Source of the DNA: Anolis carolinensis
Taxonomy: Eukaryota
Direction of reading: 5' to 3'
Length of the DNA: 64,000 nt
NCBI RefSeq assembly: GCF_035594765.1
Contig: NC_085842.1
Span: forward strand, 89,690,782-89,754,781
Every line of letters begins with the position of its first letter. Positions within the stretch are counted from its first letter, which is position 1. Of the stretch, positions 12,249-25,370 are shown piece by piece. The notes under the pieces are model-generated. The model was not told the DNA's origin and did not search any database. It saw only the letters and a list, made by a program, of their open reading frames with translations. The translations under genes were made by a program, and so were the position numbers.

Positions 12249-12979
12249 CAATAGAGTCTTGCTTTTCCAACATAAAAGGGCCGGCAGAATTTAGATAAAC
12301 AAAAATGTTGGATTATAAAGAGGGATTAAGGAAAACTAAACGTCAAATTATGTTATGATTTTACATAGGTAAAGGTAAAGGTTTCCCTTGACGTTAAGTC
12401 CAGTTGTGTCCGACTCTGGGGGTTGGTGCTCATCTCCATTTCAAAGCCGAAGAGCCGGCATTGTCCGTAGACACCTCCAATGTCATGTGGCCGGCATGAC
12501 TGCATGGAACGCCGTTACCTTCCCGCCGGAGCAGTACCTATTGATCTACTCACATTGGCATATTTTTGAACTGCTAGGTTGGCAGAAGGTGGAGCTTAAC
12601 AGCGGGTGCTCACTCAGCTCCCTGGATTTGAACCTGGGACCTTTTGGTCTGCAAGTTCAGCAGCTCAGCGCTTTAACACACTGAGCCACCGGAGACTCCA
12701 TAGTTTTACACATACATGATTTTACATATTAAGCACCAAAACAACATGTTTTACAACAAAATGACAGAAAATGCAGTTCAATGCACGTTAATACAGTATG
12801 TAGTAATTACTGTATTTATGAATTTAGCATCAATACATTGCAATGTATTGAAAACATTAACTACTAAAAACTGACTACAAATAAAGACAGAATTGCTGCC
12901 TAGAGAAACAGCTGTGGATCCGTGCGGGAGGCAGACTATGTTGGATAATACAGAATGTTGGATAAGCAAGACTCTGCTG
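12249..12979. mobile_element. pogo/Tigger-like MITE interrupted by a Sauria SINE
   Basis: Degenerate CAGTAGAGTCT TIRs; TA flanks. Confidence 0.75.
12368..12699 (-). mobile_element. Sauria SINE (tRNA-derived head, BovB-mobilised)
   Basis: Head GGAG..CCGGTGGCTCAGTGTGTTAAAGCGC, B-box GGTTCAAATCC, (ACCTTT)n tail, flanking ATGATTTTACATA repeat. Confidence 0.85.
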
Positions 12980-12984
12980 TAATT

Positions 12985-13256
12985 AAACAATTAAAAACAG
13001 CAGGGTATAAAAACATCATTAAAATGCATCAAAAGCAAACCACAATAACCAGTAGCCAGGAATAAGCAGACTATACGGCCAGGGCTGGGGGTACAATCTA
13101 TCAGTCTGTCAAGGTTTGGGTGTTCATGGGCAGGTGCCTAACCATCATCAAATACACACTGGAACATCCAGATTTTCAGGTCCCTGCAGAAGGCAGACAG
13201 AGTGGGGGTAGCGTAATTTCCCTGAGGAGAGTTCCAGACACACCACCGAGAGGCAG

Positions 13257-13291
<35 letters not shown>

Positions 13292-13475
13292 CACACCAAC
13301 CATGCTTGTAACGGTGGCAGGAGTGAGAGAAAGGCCTCCCCGGCAGATCTTAGGGGAAGATGCGGTCACAAAGATAGGCAGGACACAAACTGTTTAAGGC
13401 TTTGTAGGTAATAACCTGCACTTTGAATTGGGACTGGAAACTTATCGGCAACCAGTGGAGCTGCTTTAATAAAGA
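12985..13475 (-). mobile_element. L2 LINE 3' fragment
   Basis: Minus strand encodes QLHWLPISFQSQFKVQVITYKALNS, the L2 ORF2 C-terminal motif. Confidence 0.7.
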
Positions 13476-14418
13476 CGTTCATTTTTTTTTGTTTTACCCA
13501 AGAGAACACCTCTCTAGGAATTTCTAGGTCTTCCTTCATGACTTCTGCTGAAAGCTGACTATAGAATCACTTGAAGGGCCTAAAGATTTCTTGACAGAAT
13601 AATTTTAATCAAATCCACAAAAGTCAAAACTGCAAATGTGGAAAGAAGACTATATACTAAAATTTACAGGGTTTGTTGTGTATCTTCAATGTGAGTTTTC
13701 CTAGGGTGCCTGTAAAGAACACTTGGCAACATCATAATTTGTAATTATAGCAATGCAAAAGGAAGAGGACTGCAATCAAGTCTGTTCAGGAGGTTCTTGG
13801 TAGTAAATCAAAAAACATGCTTTTGTGGAGCCATGCTATGATGCATACTTCATATTTAGTTGTATACCAGCTACAGTGTTTTTCAGCTAGATAACACAGC
13901 CCAACAGCAGCAACACATTTTTCTTGGTGTCTTGGTTTTTAGGCCTATTCTTGGAATTATTTGGGATGCTGATTCAGAAAATTGCACTGGATTGACCGCA
14001 TCAGTTCTAGTTTCTTAGATAGGGTTATCAGTGTGCGAAAGGATGAAGACTGATATAAGGCACACATTCTTTATCTCAAAAATTGGAGCTGATGGGTGAA
14101 AAATTGGTGCTGTTTTTGAAATCATCAGAAGCAGGGCTAACATTTGAGGCACCATGTGTGTTGACTAGTGTAATTTGTGGAGGAAAAAAGACTTTAAATC
14201 CTAATGGTTTAATACACAGATGTGTTAAATTGTTATAAGGCTGCTATGTGCAACTAACAGTAGTATTCAGCATCTCAAGATCTCTGGACAGGTATCTGTA
14301 GAAGAGCTGATGCTTTTTCTCAGTAGTAAATCTGTTGCATGATGTTACTAGGAGAAGAAAGTCAGTGCAAAAATGCACAGCATTAATGTACAGATTTATC
14401 TGTTTAATTTCTTCCCAG

Positions 14419-14521
14419 TTCCCAAATCCGTCATGCCTGGGATCGGTCCAAAACTGTATCGCAGAACTTGGCTGAAATGGGCTTGGCTGTTGACCCAAAC
14501 AAGGCTGTTCCCATTCGAAAG
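14419..14521 (+). CDS. NOP16: NOP16 exon 2
   Basis: CAG acceptor; (C)SQIRHAWDRSKTVSQNLAEMGLAVDPNKAVPIRK; GTAAG donor. Confidence 0.95.
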
Positions 14522-15354
14522 GTAAGCCAACAGGTGATGCTGTGTGAGCTCAAAATAGGTTTTGTTGTCCACAAGTCAAGGGAGATAATGTAAATCAAAG
14601 CTTACAGTTGGGAAAAGCTACCATAAGCCAGAACAAAGGAATCAGTGGATGTCCTGTGGCGTCTGCCTAAACACAAAATGTATATAGGCAGTCTCCGAGT
14701 TCAATCCTCCATTTTCTGTGTATTAGAGAGAAGGGATTATGGTCATTTGTGGAACACTAAGATTATGTCTCAGGGTCTGACATTGATAAGCTATGGTTTG
14801 TAGTTAAAAAATGATAACCGGTAAGTTTTTTAGTTGAATCTTGACATTTATGTTGCCCCACTTTAGACTCATTTGATTTAGCCCAGCAGTTTTTTCTGTG
14901 TTGTCTTGATGAGGAATAGATTATGCCATTAACACTTAAAGGTGTTCTGTCTTCACAGATGAGCAATGTGGGTTTCTAATCATAGCCTATTTCTAGTGAA
15001 GGTATCAGTTTGCATTGTGTAGTAATCTGTGCTGGCATCTTTATTATCATCAATTATACAATGTCAACTGATACCTTTCCTATAATTAGAAACCCATGTT
15101 ACTGTATTTGCATGGTCCTGAAAGACAAATTAAGAGAAACTTTGCAATTTATAAGACTTTTGAACTTTTCTTGTGTCTGAGAAAAAGAGAACATTATTAA
15201 GATAAAGAAGGGGAAGAGAAAATAGTAGATAACCTTTAAAATCCTTAAAATGAGTGAACTCCAGCTTTAGTGAAGGGTGGAGTTTAAAACTAGCAATGCA
15301 TTAATGTTTATGTTTCTTATGTATAACATGGCCCGTCATTTCTTTCAAAAACAG

Positions 15355-15424
15355 GCGATGAAAATGGATGTGGATGACCAAGAAACAAAGACAAAAATAG
15401 TGCGAAAGCCATATGTAATAAATG
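15355..15424 (+). CDS. NOP16: NOP16 exon 3
   Basis: AMKMDVDDQETKTKIVRKPYVIN; AG and GTTAGT boundaries; phase consistent. Confidence 0.9.
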
Positions 15425-15779
15425 GTTAGTATTGTCTTTCTATCAAAAATGCTGTCTGATGCTTCGTAATTAAATTATTTATTTGAATTTTTGCAGTGTA
15501 CGTCCTGAGACGTGCAGTTGCTTTTGGACTTTTTGCATTCAAATTTAGTACAGCTTTCTTGACTGTGTGAGTTCTCACTGTAAAGCAACCATAGGATTGC
15601 CAGTGATAGAGTTTAATATGAATATGCAGTGTTGGTTGTTTTCATTTTTCATAGGAAATCTGGGGCTTTCTGTTATTTGAACCTAGTAGTTTGATAATCT
15701 GTTAGCTGAATTTAGCTGGTTCATTTATGCCAGTACAGACTCTTCAGAGTGTGTTCTTGCCTTCTCTTCTATACATCAG

Positions 15780-15886
15780 AGTTGGAATATGAGGCCAGTC
15801 TTCCTGAGAAGAAGTCAGAGACCCTCTCCAAAGATCTTATTGATTATGTCCAGCACATGATCCGGAATTATGGTGAAAACTTCAAG
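15780..15886 (+). CDS. NOP16: NOP16 exon 4
   Basis: (E)LEYEASLPEKKSETLSKDLIDYVQHMIRNYGENFK; AG/GT boundaries. Confidence 0.95.
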
Positions 15887-16571
15887 GTGGGTCACTCATT
15901 TTACAGAAGAACAGAGAAACCCGAGAACCTTGTATTTGCATGCTTTTAACTGCTACCATTACATTTTCCAGTTTTCAGGATTTCTTGGTCTGTTAAAATT
16001 GCCCATTTTGTTGCATGCTTCTTTCCACCCACATGACTTTATGGATTCTTTGCCAGACAAAATCAATTTCATTCTTTGAGAACTCTAGTACGTTGCATTT
16101 GCCTTCTGAGGACACCCAGCTTTTTAGGCTGCACTTTTGTGGTTGTGATTTTTCATTTATTTCATGTACAGCACTGTGCAGAGTCATGATGCATTTTAGC
16201 TGATGCTTCTAGGAACTGGGCGAGCCTCTACCTTGGGATTCAGGGAGCCTTGTGTTCTGCTGATTTTATGCAATATTTGATTGTCATTAATTGGGATAAG
16301 CAAGGTAAACAAGGTGTCCACTGCTATTTCCAAGTTGGGAAAAGTAGCAGCAGGGATTGCTTTTCTAGCTAGCCTTTGGCAGTCAGAGTAAGACTGTAAG
16401 GTGCTTGACTGGAGCATATGCGAGCCAGAGTTCCCAGTCTCCCATGTCTTTATCTGTGAGCCTTTATTTATTGTGTGCTACTTGCATTCTGGGTGTGGAA
16501 GGCTTTCTAAGGCCATCAGTTAACACTGCTGCATATCCTTACAGTACCTGTTTTTCCTCTTAACCTACCAG

Positions 16572-16715
16572 AAAATGGCTCGTGATGAGAAAAACTATTA
16601 CCAGGACACACCAAAACAAATAAAGAGGAAGATCAATGTGTACAAACGCTTCTATCCTGAGGAGTACCAAGCATTCATTGATTCTCTAAAACAGGAGAAG
16701 ATGGATGAGCAGTGA
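16572..16715 (+). CDS. NOP16: NOP16 exon 5 (last coding)
   Basis: KMARDEKNYYQDTPKQIKRKINVYKRFYPEEYQAFIDSLKQEKMDEQ*; total 531 nt = 176 aa; AATAAA at 16976. Confidence 0.95.
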   Translation, partial: KMARDEKNYYQDTPKQIKRKINVYKRFYPEEYQAFIDSLKQEKMDEQ

Positions 16716-19400
16716 TTTTACTTGCAAGTTATGGAGAGAGGAACCTTTACTACCTACAATTCTTTTACTTCAGATGCCACTTTTGGTGACTAGTGCCTAA
16801 CAATTAAAATGAGGATTAGATACTTTTATGTCCTTTCAAGAAAGAAGATGGGAAAAGTGCTTGTGTAGCTGAGACTTGTGGTAATAACTTGGGACTGGTG
16901 GAGAATACTTGCTGCTTTCAGTTTACAGCTTTCGTACTCGTGCAGTATAATTTCCTTTGGAGTGATTCCGGTTGAAATAAACAACTTTTCCAAGCCTTGT
17001 GTCAAGAACAAAGTACGGCTAAAGAATGTAATGCATGCACTTGCTCCAGGGAATAGCCTTTTGGGGGCCAGAGTTTTGCACTTCTAGAGTATAAGCTATA
17101 TAACACCTGAGTATAGTGGCAGTTACTAGGTTTCCCACAAAAAAAAACTATGGCAGGAATTAGAAATAAGCATTTTATAGAATTTGAGGCCCATAAAAGC
17201 ATGGAGCTAAAGAAACAGGCCAGTGAAAGAATGCTAATCGCTCTGGTGGCATTCATGCTGCTTCCCTATAAGGGAACAAGGCCACCTTCATAGATAATCA
17301 CAAGAGCTAACAAGCTGTATCCAGGAAGAGGTAATGTCTTCTGCAATAGCATCTCCAAGGGAGGTCATCATATTATCATATTATCATGTGTGACAGTCCC
17401 ATTAGGAAATATTCTCTCAGACATACAGGAAGAGCCAGAATCTGCTATTGGAAACATTAGTGGGATATTTTTCCCCTCTGTAGAACTTGTGGTGAGGGAA
17501 GTTCTGGTGTGTCCTTGGGTCAAGGAAACAGACCAGTGGTTCTAGTCATATTTTCAAATACAGTTTAATAAGGAATATAAATAGGTTGATCCAGAAACAT
17601 TGTTAAAACCTGTTGATTTACTTTGCTCCACATTTTTACAGTAATATGTAATCCTCTGTTTTAGTGGGTCTGGAGACCAAAGCTGAGATAATCGTGTTGA
17701 GACTCACAAGGAAAATTGGCCTTGGTAAGCTTTCTGAAGCATCAGGAGAGAACAATTCTTGCTTAGATTAATGCCTATTGTGTGGTTATCTGTCCAGAAA
17801 AGCTTTGAAGACCAGGATTAAGTCTAGTGAAGGGCCCATAGCTTAATATTCCTTGAGCTTGCCCTTCCTAACAGCATTACTATCTATGATGCATTTTTTC
17901 TAATTTTTCCCAGTTCTGAGGACTTCACATGTCATATCTGAGGTAACAAGTCAAAGTTTAGAGACACAGAAAACCTTGTGTAAACAATTATTTACCAATA
18001 TTCATTTTCTACAGGCCATATAAAGTGAGGCTTTTATTGTCACAAATCAAGATCCCTATATATTGTGACAGGATAAAATAATGCGGATTGAGAGATTGTC
18101 AGCTTTAATAAAAGCCTAGTGCATATTCAGACAATATTTCTATTCACCTGCTACAGAAAAGGGGATATGGGAGGGAAAGCAGTGGCAAATGTAATGGCTG
18201 GGTTAATTTCCTGCTACTGGGAATAAATTCCCTGCACAGGTCTGGCTGGCTGGATACCTTCCTCCAGAGGCGAAATAGCAATCTGGTGAAGACCAGTTTT
18301 GTTTACCCTGGAAGTAACTGGTTCAAAATCACTGGTAGCCCAGATGGGGTGATTTACTGTCTTATGCCACAGCCCCGACTGTTTACAAATTCTTTGTTGC
18401 TTCCAGGGCAGAGCAAAATCACATGATTGGACTTAGCCCTTGAGTGATAAAGATTAAATGGAGCTGCAGACAAAGGGATGCTCAGCTACACTGCTGTAGA
18501 AGTTATCCTGTGTGAATTCCTCACGTGCACCTACTTACATATGTTTCTCTTGTGTAGCCCTTCTTGGAAATTTGCAGCCCTGCTACAGGTATTACGTTGG
18601 AAGCAATCAGCAAATACATTTCTATTAAGTACTACAGAGGAACTGTTCTGAGGAAACAAACCATTTGGACATCTGCTCAAAACTGAAGAAAAATGCCACT
18701 AGTTGCAAGAGTACTGCGGAAAGCTGTTTGTGGGCGGTGGAGTTGTGATGACACACTTTACCTTGCAGTTGTCTTGGGCTGGTGGCTAGGCTACCAGGTA
18801 TTTATCTTGTATAATCACTGGTCAGGAGCATAACTGATTCCTTTAAAAGCACTGGGATAAGTCTTTGGTGCAGCTGTTTACACACTTAAGACTTTGCTTC
18901 CAGTTACCCTGAGATAATGCACCCTGTTCTCTGCCAAGCATGTCTGCAAAATTAACTCCCAATTTCCCAAAGTGACAGGATTGGGCAAAATATTCCAGTC
19001 TGTCCACATACAAAGGGAAACACTAGCTTATCACTGGGCAAGTTCATTCTTCTTTCTATACTGATGACAGTAGGTCTTATAAAACAAAATGATAGTCCTA
19101 ACCATATGTATGATATTACAGTTCATAATATTATGTTCTTAGCTCTCTTCCAAGACTTGTTTTTCCAGTGAGCCACTCTGTCTACCTCGGCAATATTTCC
19201 ACCAAACTGTAGGTTCAGTTTCCATGGTCATACGGGCAGCAAGACCCTGTAAGTTAAAAAAAACATTGAGGGAATACCCAGAAGAATTTTGTTTTGTCCT
19301 TACTCTGCAGGGAAATATCTGAAGCAGCAGCTGCTGTGAGTGTGAAGAACAAAGTCATGGGAAGTCCACCTGACTTCAGTATCCTTGAAATGTCAATCCT

Positions 19401-19577
19401 TCAGGTCTGGGCAAGAAGCTTGATCAGTAGGTTTTTCAGATGGAGAACACTGTTTGCTGTATCCAAGCCAGCATGGGTGGCACTTGTGGGCAGCAGAAAG
19501 AATTCCCGTTGACTGTTCAACGTGTGCAAGCCCAGCTCCTTCTTTAATTCTGTCACACTCAGTGCATCACTCTTGTC
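19401..19577 (-). CDS. ARL10: ARL10 exon 4 (last coding)
   Basis: DKSDALSVTELKKELGLH...LLAQT*; completes NKQD G4 motif; total 723 nt = 240 aa. Confidence 0.9.
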   Translation of the reverse strand, partial: DKSDALSVTELKKELGLHTLNSQREFFLLPTSATHAGLDTANSVLHLKNLLIKLLAQT

Positions 19578-20242
19578 CTTGAATAAAAGCACAGATTGTT
19601 TGAACAATAGCTCCTAGACTCCTTACCCTAAGACAGAGGTTCTCAACCATTGGTGTTCTAAATATTTTTAAACTTTAAATCAACATAGTTAAAAGGGTGG
19701 GGATCCTGGGAGGCAAAATTCAAAACATGGAGGACCAGAACAGAGGAACAGAGCCACTGACCAAACAAACACATTCTGTTAAATGTTTTTATCAGCATTC
19801 ACACCTCCATCTGACAAATAGGAGGATGTGAAGCAGAAGTGGGTATTCTTTGGCATTCCAAATATTGGACTACAATTTTCAGGAGTGCTAACCATCATAG
19901 CCAAGAGTCAAGAATACTGGGAGTTGTAGTTCTTCTGGAGGACTGCATAAATCCTACAAGTGTGGCTGAAATGGAAACAGTCACACCTGAAACTAAACCC
20001 TTTACATAATGACACCCTAAATGTCAATACAGAAAAACACTCAAGAGGATTAAGGAGTCTAGATACACTAGACTTCTAAATCAGTATGGAAATATTGGCC
20101 CTCCAGGGATTTTGGATGCCAATGTCACCACACACAATCCTTTAGCAGTGGCAATGCTGGATAGGACTGAATTGCTTTAAGGGCCAAAGTATCTCTACTC
20201 CTGCTCTAGGCAGTCCTGGGTGAAAGATGTCAAGATACCTAC

Positions 20243-20418
20243 CTGTTTGTTAGCCAACACTATCAAAGGTAACTGAGAGTCCTCAGATAGCAGGCAGTGG
20301 AGCTCCTGCTGGGCGATAGGAAGGCGAGAGCCATCTGCCGAGTCCACTACAAATACCAGAACATGGGCTTTGCTCAGGTAGTGGTTCCAGTAGAAGCGTA
20401 GATTCTGGCTGCCGCCAA
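20243..20418 (-). CDS. ARL10: ARL10 exon 3
   Basis: (V)[58 protein letters not shown]; AG and GTAGG boundaries. Confidence 0.93.
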
Positions 20419-20838
20419 CTGGGATGATAAAATACGGTGGTCAAAATTTATACAGGTTTCAAAAACATCAGCATCTCAAGAGAGAATTTAAATTGGAAGG
20501 AGGATTATTTTTATCAGTGTCTGTGGTATCTGAAGAATTTCTACTTCAAAAGCTTACAAACATTGATGGGACGGGACACATGGGGATAAGAACAGATGAG
20601 ACAGAGCTAGGCATTATCGTCTTTCTCCAGCATTCAAGAACGCAATTGCCATTTCCAGCTAGGGCTTCTAGACATAACTCCCTCCCCCACAACACCATGC
20701 AACAATGTCTGATGTGATGGTTTAGATTAGAATAAGCTTCTGACTCATCTTGCCTGCAACAATGAAGAGCCACTCCATTCTCCCACACTTAGCCGTTTTC
20801 AACCTCTGCTTTGCCCACCAACATCTGATAGGACATAC

Positions 20839-21007
20839 CCTCTAGGAGGTCCAGCTGGAGCCCATTGGCTTGCAGTTGCACTGAGTTGAAGCCCTGCGTG
20901 GGTGCTATGTCTTTCTGAGCTTCTGTATTGCAGACGTAATGGATAATGCTGCTCTTTCCAGCTCCGTCCAAACCGAGAACCAAAACCTGATATTCACATG
21001 AATGTGG
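20839..21007 (-). CDS. ARL10: ARL10 exon 2 (P-loop)
   Basis: PHSCEYQVLVLGLDGAGKSS...PTQGFNSV...DLLE; CAG acceptor and GTATGT donor. Confidence 0.93.
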
Positions 21008-21828
21008 CTGCAAAGATAAATGATTTGAGTTAGTCTGAGGTGTGTTGAGGTAGGGATCTTCATTGCTGGCGCATCAGTGGCTTTCTTCCACAACAGAGAC
21101 ATGTTCATATAGGGTGTAAGCTTGTTATTGCAGGAAGTGAAGCATGAGATAGATTACTTATGAAATCAAAAACTACAACATCTGCTATTTAATAGAGTTG
21201 GGAAAGGGTAAGATTGAGCAGAAGGATTTTATTTTCTTTCCTACACCAAGAATATTTTAATTTCCCCCCACTTAGAGCAACTGACCAAAGGCAACATATG
21301 GTAAAGGTAGGACATGATGACTTGTGAGGCTTCTTCTAGAAGATGTTGCTTTCAAAAACCATATTATCTTCTGGGTTCCCCACTTGAGGGACCAGCCCTG
21401 CTGCATTTCTGATTAGCATCTTGGCTGACCTTTTGGTTTAAATAGATTTATTGTTACAGAGATGGAGTATATGGTTTCCTCCATATGTACTTTAGCTGCA
21501 GCTCTCATCAGATTTAGCCACATAGCCAAAACAGGAGGGCCAAGGGTCTTGTGATTCAACATCTGGAAGCCTTCCTAAACCAGGTTAAAACTAACTCTAG
21601 ACTTCTAACAACCTGGTTTATCACTGGAAAAAGGAGGTGCGGAAATATTTCAAATCAGTACTTAGTAGAAAAAGGAAGCGTAATTAGATCAACTCCAGGT
21701 TCCAGTTCCACAGTGTAAAATATTGCACATTTTATTGGCTAAAAGGTTGGGCTGAGTCATTAATCTCAGCCTAAATTGCAGGGATAATACAAACATAATT
21801 TGGGATATTACTTCTTAAGACTCTAAAG

Positions 21829-22317
21829 CAGGCACGGGCAAACTAGGTGTTGGGGCTGGCAGATGCGGCCCACTGGGCACTTACCTCAGGCCCTCCTCCT
21901 TTTCTCTATCCTCTCAGCATAAGCACATGGTAACCTGCCACATGCAGAAAGGATGGGAGAGAAAGTCATGCAACACCTGAGAGCCCTCTGGAGCACTCTT
22001 GGCCATCACCTCTCTCACCCTCCTCCCGGCATAGTGCTGAGAGGACAGCACAAAGATCAGGGAGGAGGATCAGGGAGTAAGATTGGGGCAGTCGCCGCAT
22101 GTCCATGTCTTGTTTTCCTCCCGACATAAGGATGGAGTGAACAACACTATCCTTATGCCAAGAGGAAAACCTGAGGATGACCAGGGCCCTGCGCCGCCCC
22201 CTCCCAGCCCCAATCTCTCACAAGCCCTCTCCTCCTTGGGCCCAGGGTGCCCGGCCATCCTCCCTCCTGGTCAGCCCCACAATGCAGCCCCAAAGCAAAA
22301 AGGTTTGCCCATGCCTG
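21829..22317. mobile_element. Non-autonomous hAT element
   Basis: TIR CAGGCA.GGGCAAAC; perfect 8-bp TSD CTCTAAAG. Confidence 0.85.
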
Positions 22318-22719
22318 CTCTAAAGGGTGATGTCCCAACTTAGCTTGTATGACGTTCAGGGCAATACATGACTTGTGTTGGAATCACTGTCGCTACAGGA
22401 GGCACTAACAAGCGGTCAGATGGCATACTACAAGGTGGACCTCCATCTGAGGTCTGTGGGCTAATTTTTGTCCCTTGCATTCCCTTAAGGGAGCTGCATG
22501 ACAACAACCCCCCAAAAGTGGAGTACACGGGTCTGCTGTAAAGGTTAAATGGCACCTGCAACATCTTAAAAAGGCAAGTTGACTCTCTTGGGGACTTGGA
22601 GCAAGACAGCTCACTCTTCCTGCAGTCAGAAAACAGGAAGTTTGGAGGGGGTTAGGGGTACAAAAATTTTGGGGATGCCCAGGTGGATCGGGGTAACATC
22701 ATACCCCACTCCAGTGTGC

Positions 22720-22860
22720 CCAAAAGGACCAGATCCCTTCTGACACCAGAACATAAGCAGGATCTGCTCTGGTAAGTACTTGGATGGGAGACCTCTAAGA
22801 AAACCCTATGAAATTCATGGGATTGTTGTCAGTTGAAAGAGGGCTCGAAGGCATATATAT
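22720..22860 (+). mobile_element. 5S rRNA-derived SINE
   Basis: 5S internal control region-like TAAGCAGG..CTGGTAAGTACTTGGATGGGAGACC followed by a non-5S body. Confidence 0.6.
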
Positions 22861-22865
22861 CAAGA

Positions 22866-24864
22866 CTAGCTGTGCCTGGCCACGCGTTGCTGTGGCGAAG
22901 TCTGGTGGTATGGGAAATAAAGTATTGAGGAATTGGTGGTAGTTAAGGTCAAGGGTAAAGGTTTTCCCCAGACATTAAGTCCAATCATGTCTGACTCTGG
23001 GGGTTGGTGCTCATCTCCATTTCTAAGCCGAAGAGCCGGCGTTGTCCGTAGACTCCTCCAAGGTCATGTGGGATGACTACATGGAGCGGCGTTACCTTCC
23101 TGCCGGAGCAGTACCTATTGATGCACTCACATTTGCATGTTTTCGAACTTCTGGGTTGGCAGAAGCTGGGGCTAACAGTGGGGGCTCTCTCCGCTCCCCC
23201 AATTCACACCTCTGGCCTTTCGGTCCAGAAGTTCAGCAGCTCAGCGCTTTAACACGCTGCGCCATCAGGGGATATTATTTCCTAAAGGTTGTGAATATAC
23301 AATATTTCTGATTGGTTTTTTTTGTTTGTTGGAGGCAAGTATGAATGCTGCAATTAGGAAAAATGATTAGGATGTAATGGCCTTGCAGCTTTAAAGCCTG
23401 GCTGTTTCCTCCCTGAGTGAATTTTTTGTTGGGAGGTGTTAGCTGGCCCTGATTGTTTCCTGTCTGGAATTCCCTTGTTTTCAGAGTGGTGTTGTTTGCA
23501 ATATTTTATGTGCTTCTACTGTCTGTGGTCCTGAGAAAACAGAGGATTTGCCAGACTTTGATGATGGGAATACTTTGTTGGGAGGTGTTAGCTGGCCCTG
23601 ATTGTTTCCTGTCTGGAATTCCCCTGTTTATTTACTGTCCTGGTTTTAGAGATTATATTGTTCTGCATTATTCTATCCCAGTAATTATTTCATATTAAAG
23701 TAGAATCTCACTTATCCAACATTCACTTATACAATGTTCTGGATTATCCAACGCAGTCTGCCTTTTCATAATCAATGTTTTTGTAGTCAGTGTTTTAAAT
23801 TCATTGTGATATTTTAGTGGTAAATTTGTAAATACAGTACAGTAGAGTCTCACTTATCCAACATAAACGGGCTGGCAGAATATTGGATAAGCGAATATGT
23901 TGGATAATGAGGAATTAAGGATAACCCTATTAAACATCAAATTAAGTTATGATTTTACAAATTAAGCACCAAAACATCATGTTAGACAACAAATTTGTCA
24001 GAAAAAGTAGTTCAGTACACAGTAATGCTATATAGTAATTACTGTATTTATGAATTTAGCACCAAAATATCACGATATATTGAAAGCATTGACTACAAAA
24101 ATGTGTTGGATAATCCAGAACGTTGGATAAGCGAGTGTTGGATAAGTGAGGCTCTACTGTAAATACTACATGGCATTACTGCGCATGGAACTACTTTTTC
24201 TGTCAAATTTGTTGTATAATATGATGTTTTGGTGCTTAATTTGTATAACGATTACCTAATTTGATGTTTAATTGGCTTTTCCTGAATCCCTTCTTATTAT
24301 TCAACATATTCACTTATCCTGCCGGCCTGTTTACGTTGGATAAGTGAGACTCTACTGTATATTTCTAATCTTATATTGTCTGCTCAGAACTGGATTATAT
24401 GAGGCTCCTTCTTCACAGCTGTATAAAATGCACACTGAAGTGGATTATATGGTAGTGTGGAGTCAAGATAATCCAGTGCAAAGCAGATAATATAAGATTA
24501 TAAATGGGTTATATAGCTGTGTTGAAGGGCCTTGAGTCTACACTGCCATATAATCCAGTGCAAATTAGATAATCTGTGGAAGAAGTCTAAGTGAGGCCTA
24601 AATCTGCCTGTCCCCTAACTGAAACCTGGCTGTCCCTTGGTTGCTAGGCAACCAAGTGGGCAGAGATTAGCCCTCTAAACTGGCAGCAATTGGATAAAAA
24701 AAGTTATTGCTCTCCCTCTAATTAGGACTTTATTTTTCTTTTCTTTTTGTTGTATCAACCTTGAGGCGTGGATGATGGGTTGTGTTGTCAAATTTTGAGG
24801 TTGGGGGGCCTGTACTTTTGTTGTTTTGTGAATCGCCATGATGCCACTCTTTTATATATATAGA
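22866..24864 (-). mobile_element. Non-autonomous Helitron C (ARL10 intron 1), near-identical to Helitron B
   Basis: A|TCTATATATATAAAAG ... hairpin-CTAG|T on minus strand; reverse complement of 9945-12231 without the 306-bp duplication. Confidence 0.9.
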
Positions 24865-25370
24865 TCTATACATATGCATATATATCTATATATAAACACA
24901 CACACACTCATCTCCTAAAGGCAACAGATCCTCTTTGATCTCAGAAGCTAAGTAGGATCAGCTCTAATTACAATATGTAGCAAAATTTGAAAAGGGTTCT
25001 GTTCCTTGTTTGAAAGTATTGTCTCCAGTTTAATTGTGTTGTACTGTACTTTGAAAGGACTTGCTATCCTCCAGAAACTTCATTTTAGTGGCTGCCACAA
25101 ACTATGTTGAATTGGTTGAGACTATTATATAGGTACTGAAAAAACTATAGCAGAATGTACTGCAGGGTGTCCTGCAAAAACAAAGTTTTTGCAGTTTAAT
25201 AAAAACCCTTTCCATGTTTTTATGATAGAATCAATTAGGAAATATCATGTATAACCCAGGAACAAAAATCATGTTACATAGTGGTAGTACTTGGATGGAG
25301 ACCACCAACAAATATTAGGTGCTATGTACACTGCATTCCAGAAGAAGAAAATTAGCAAACCACTTCTGAG

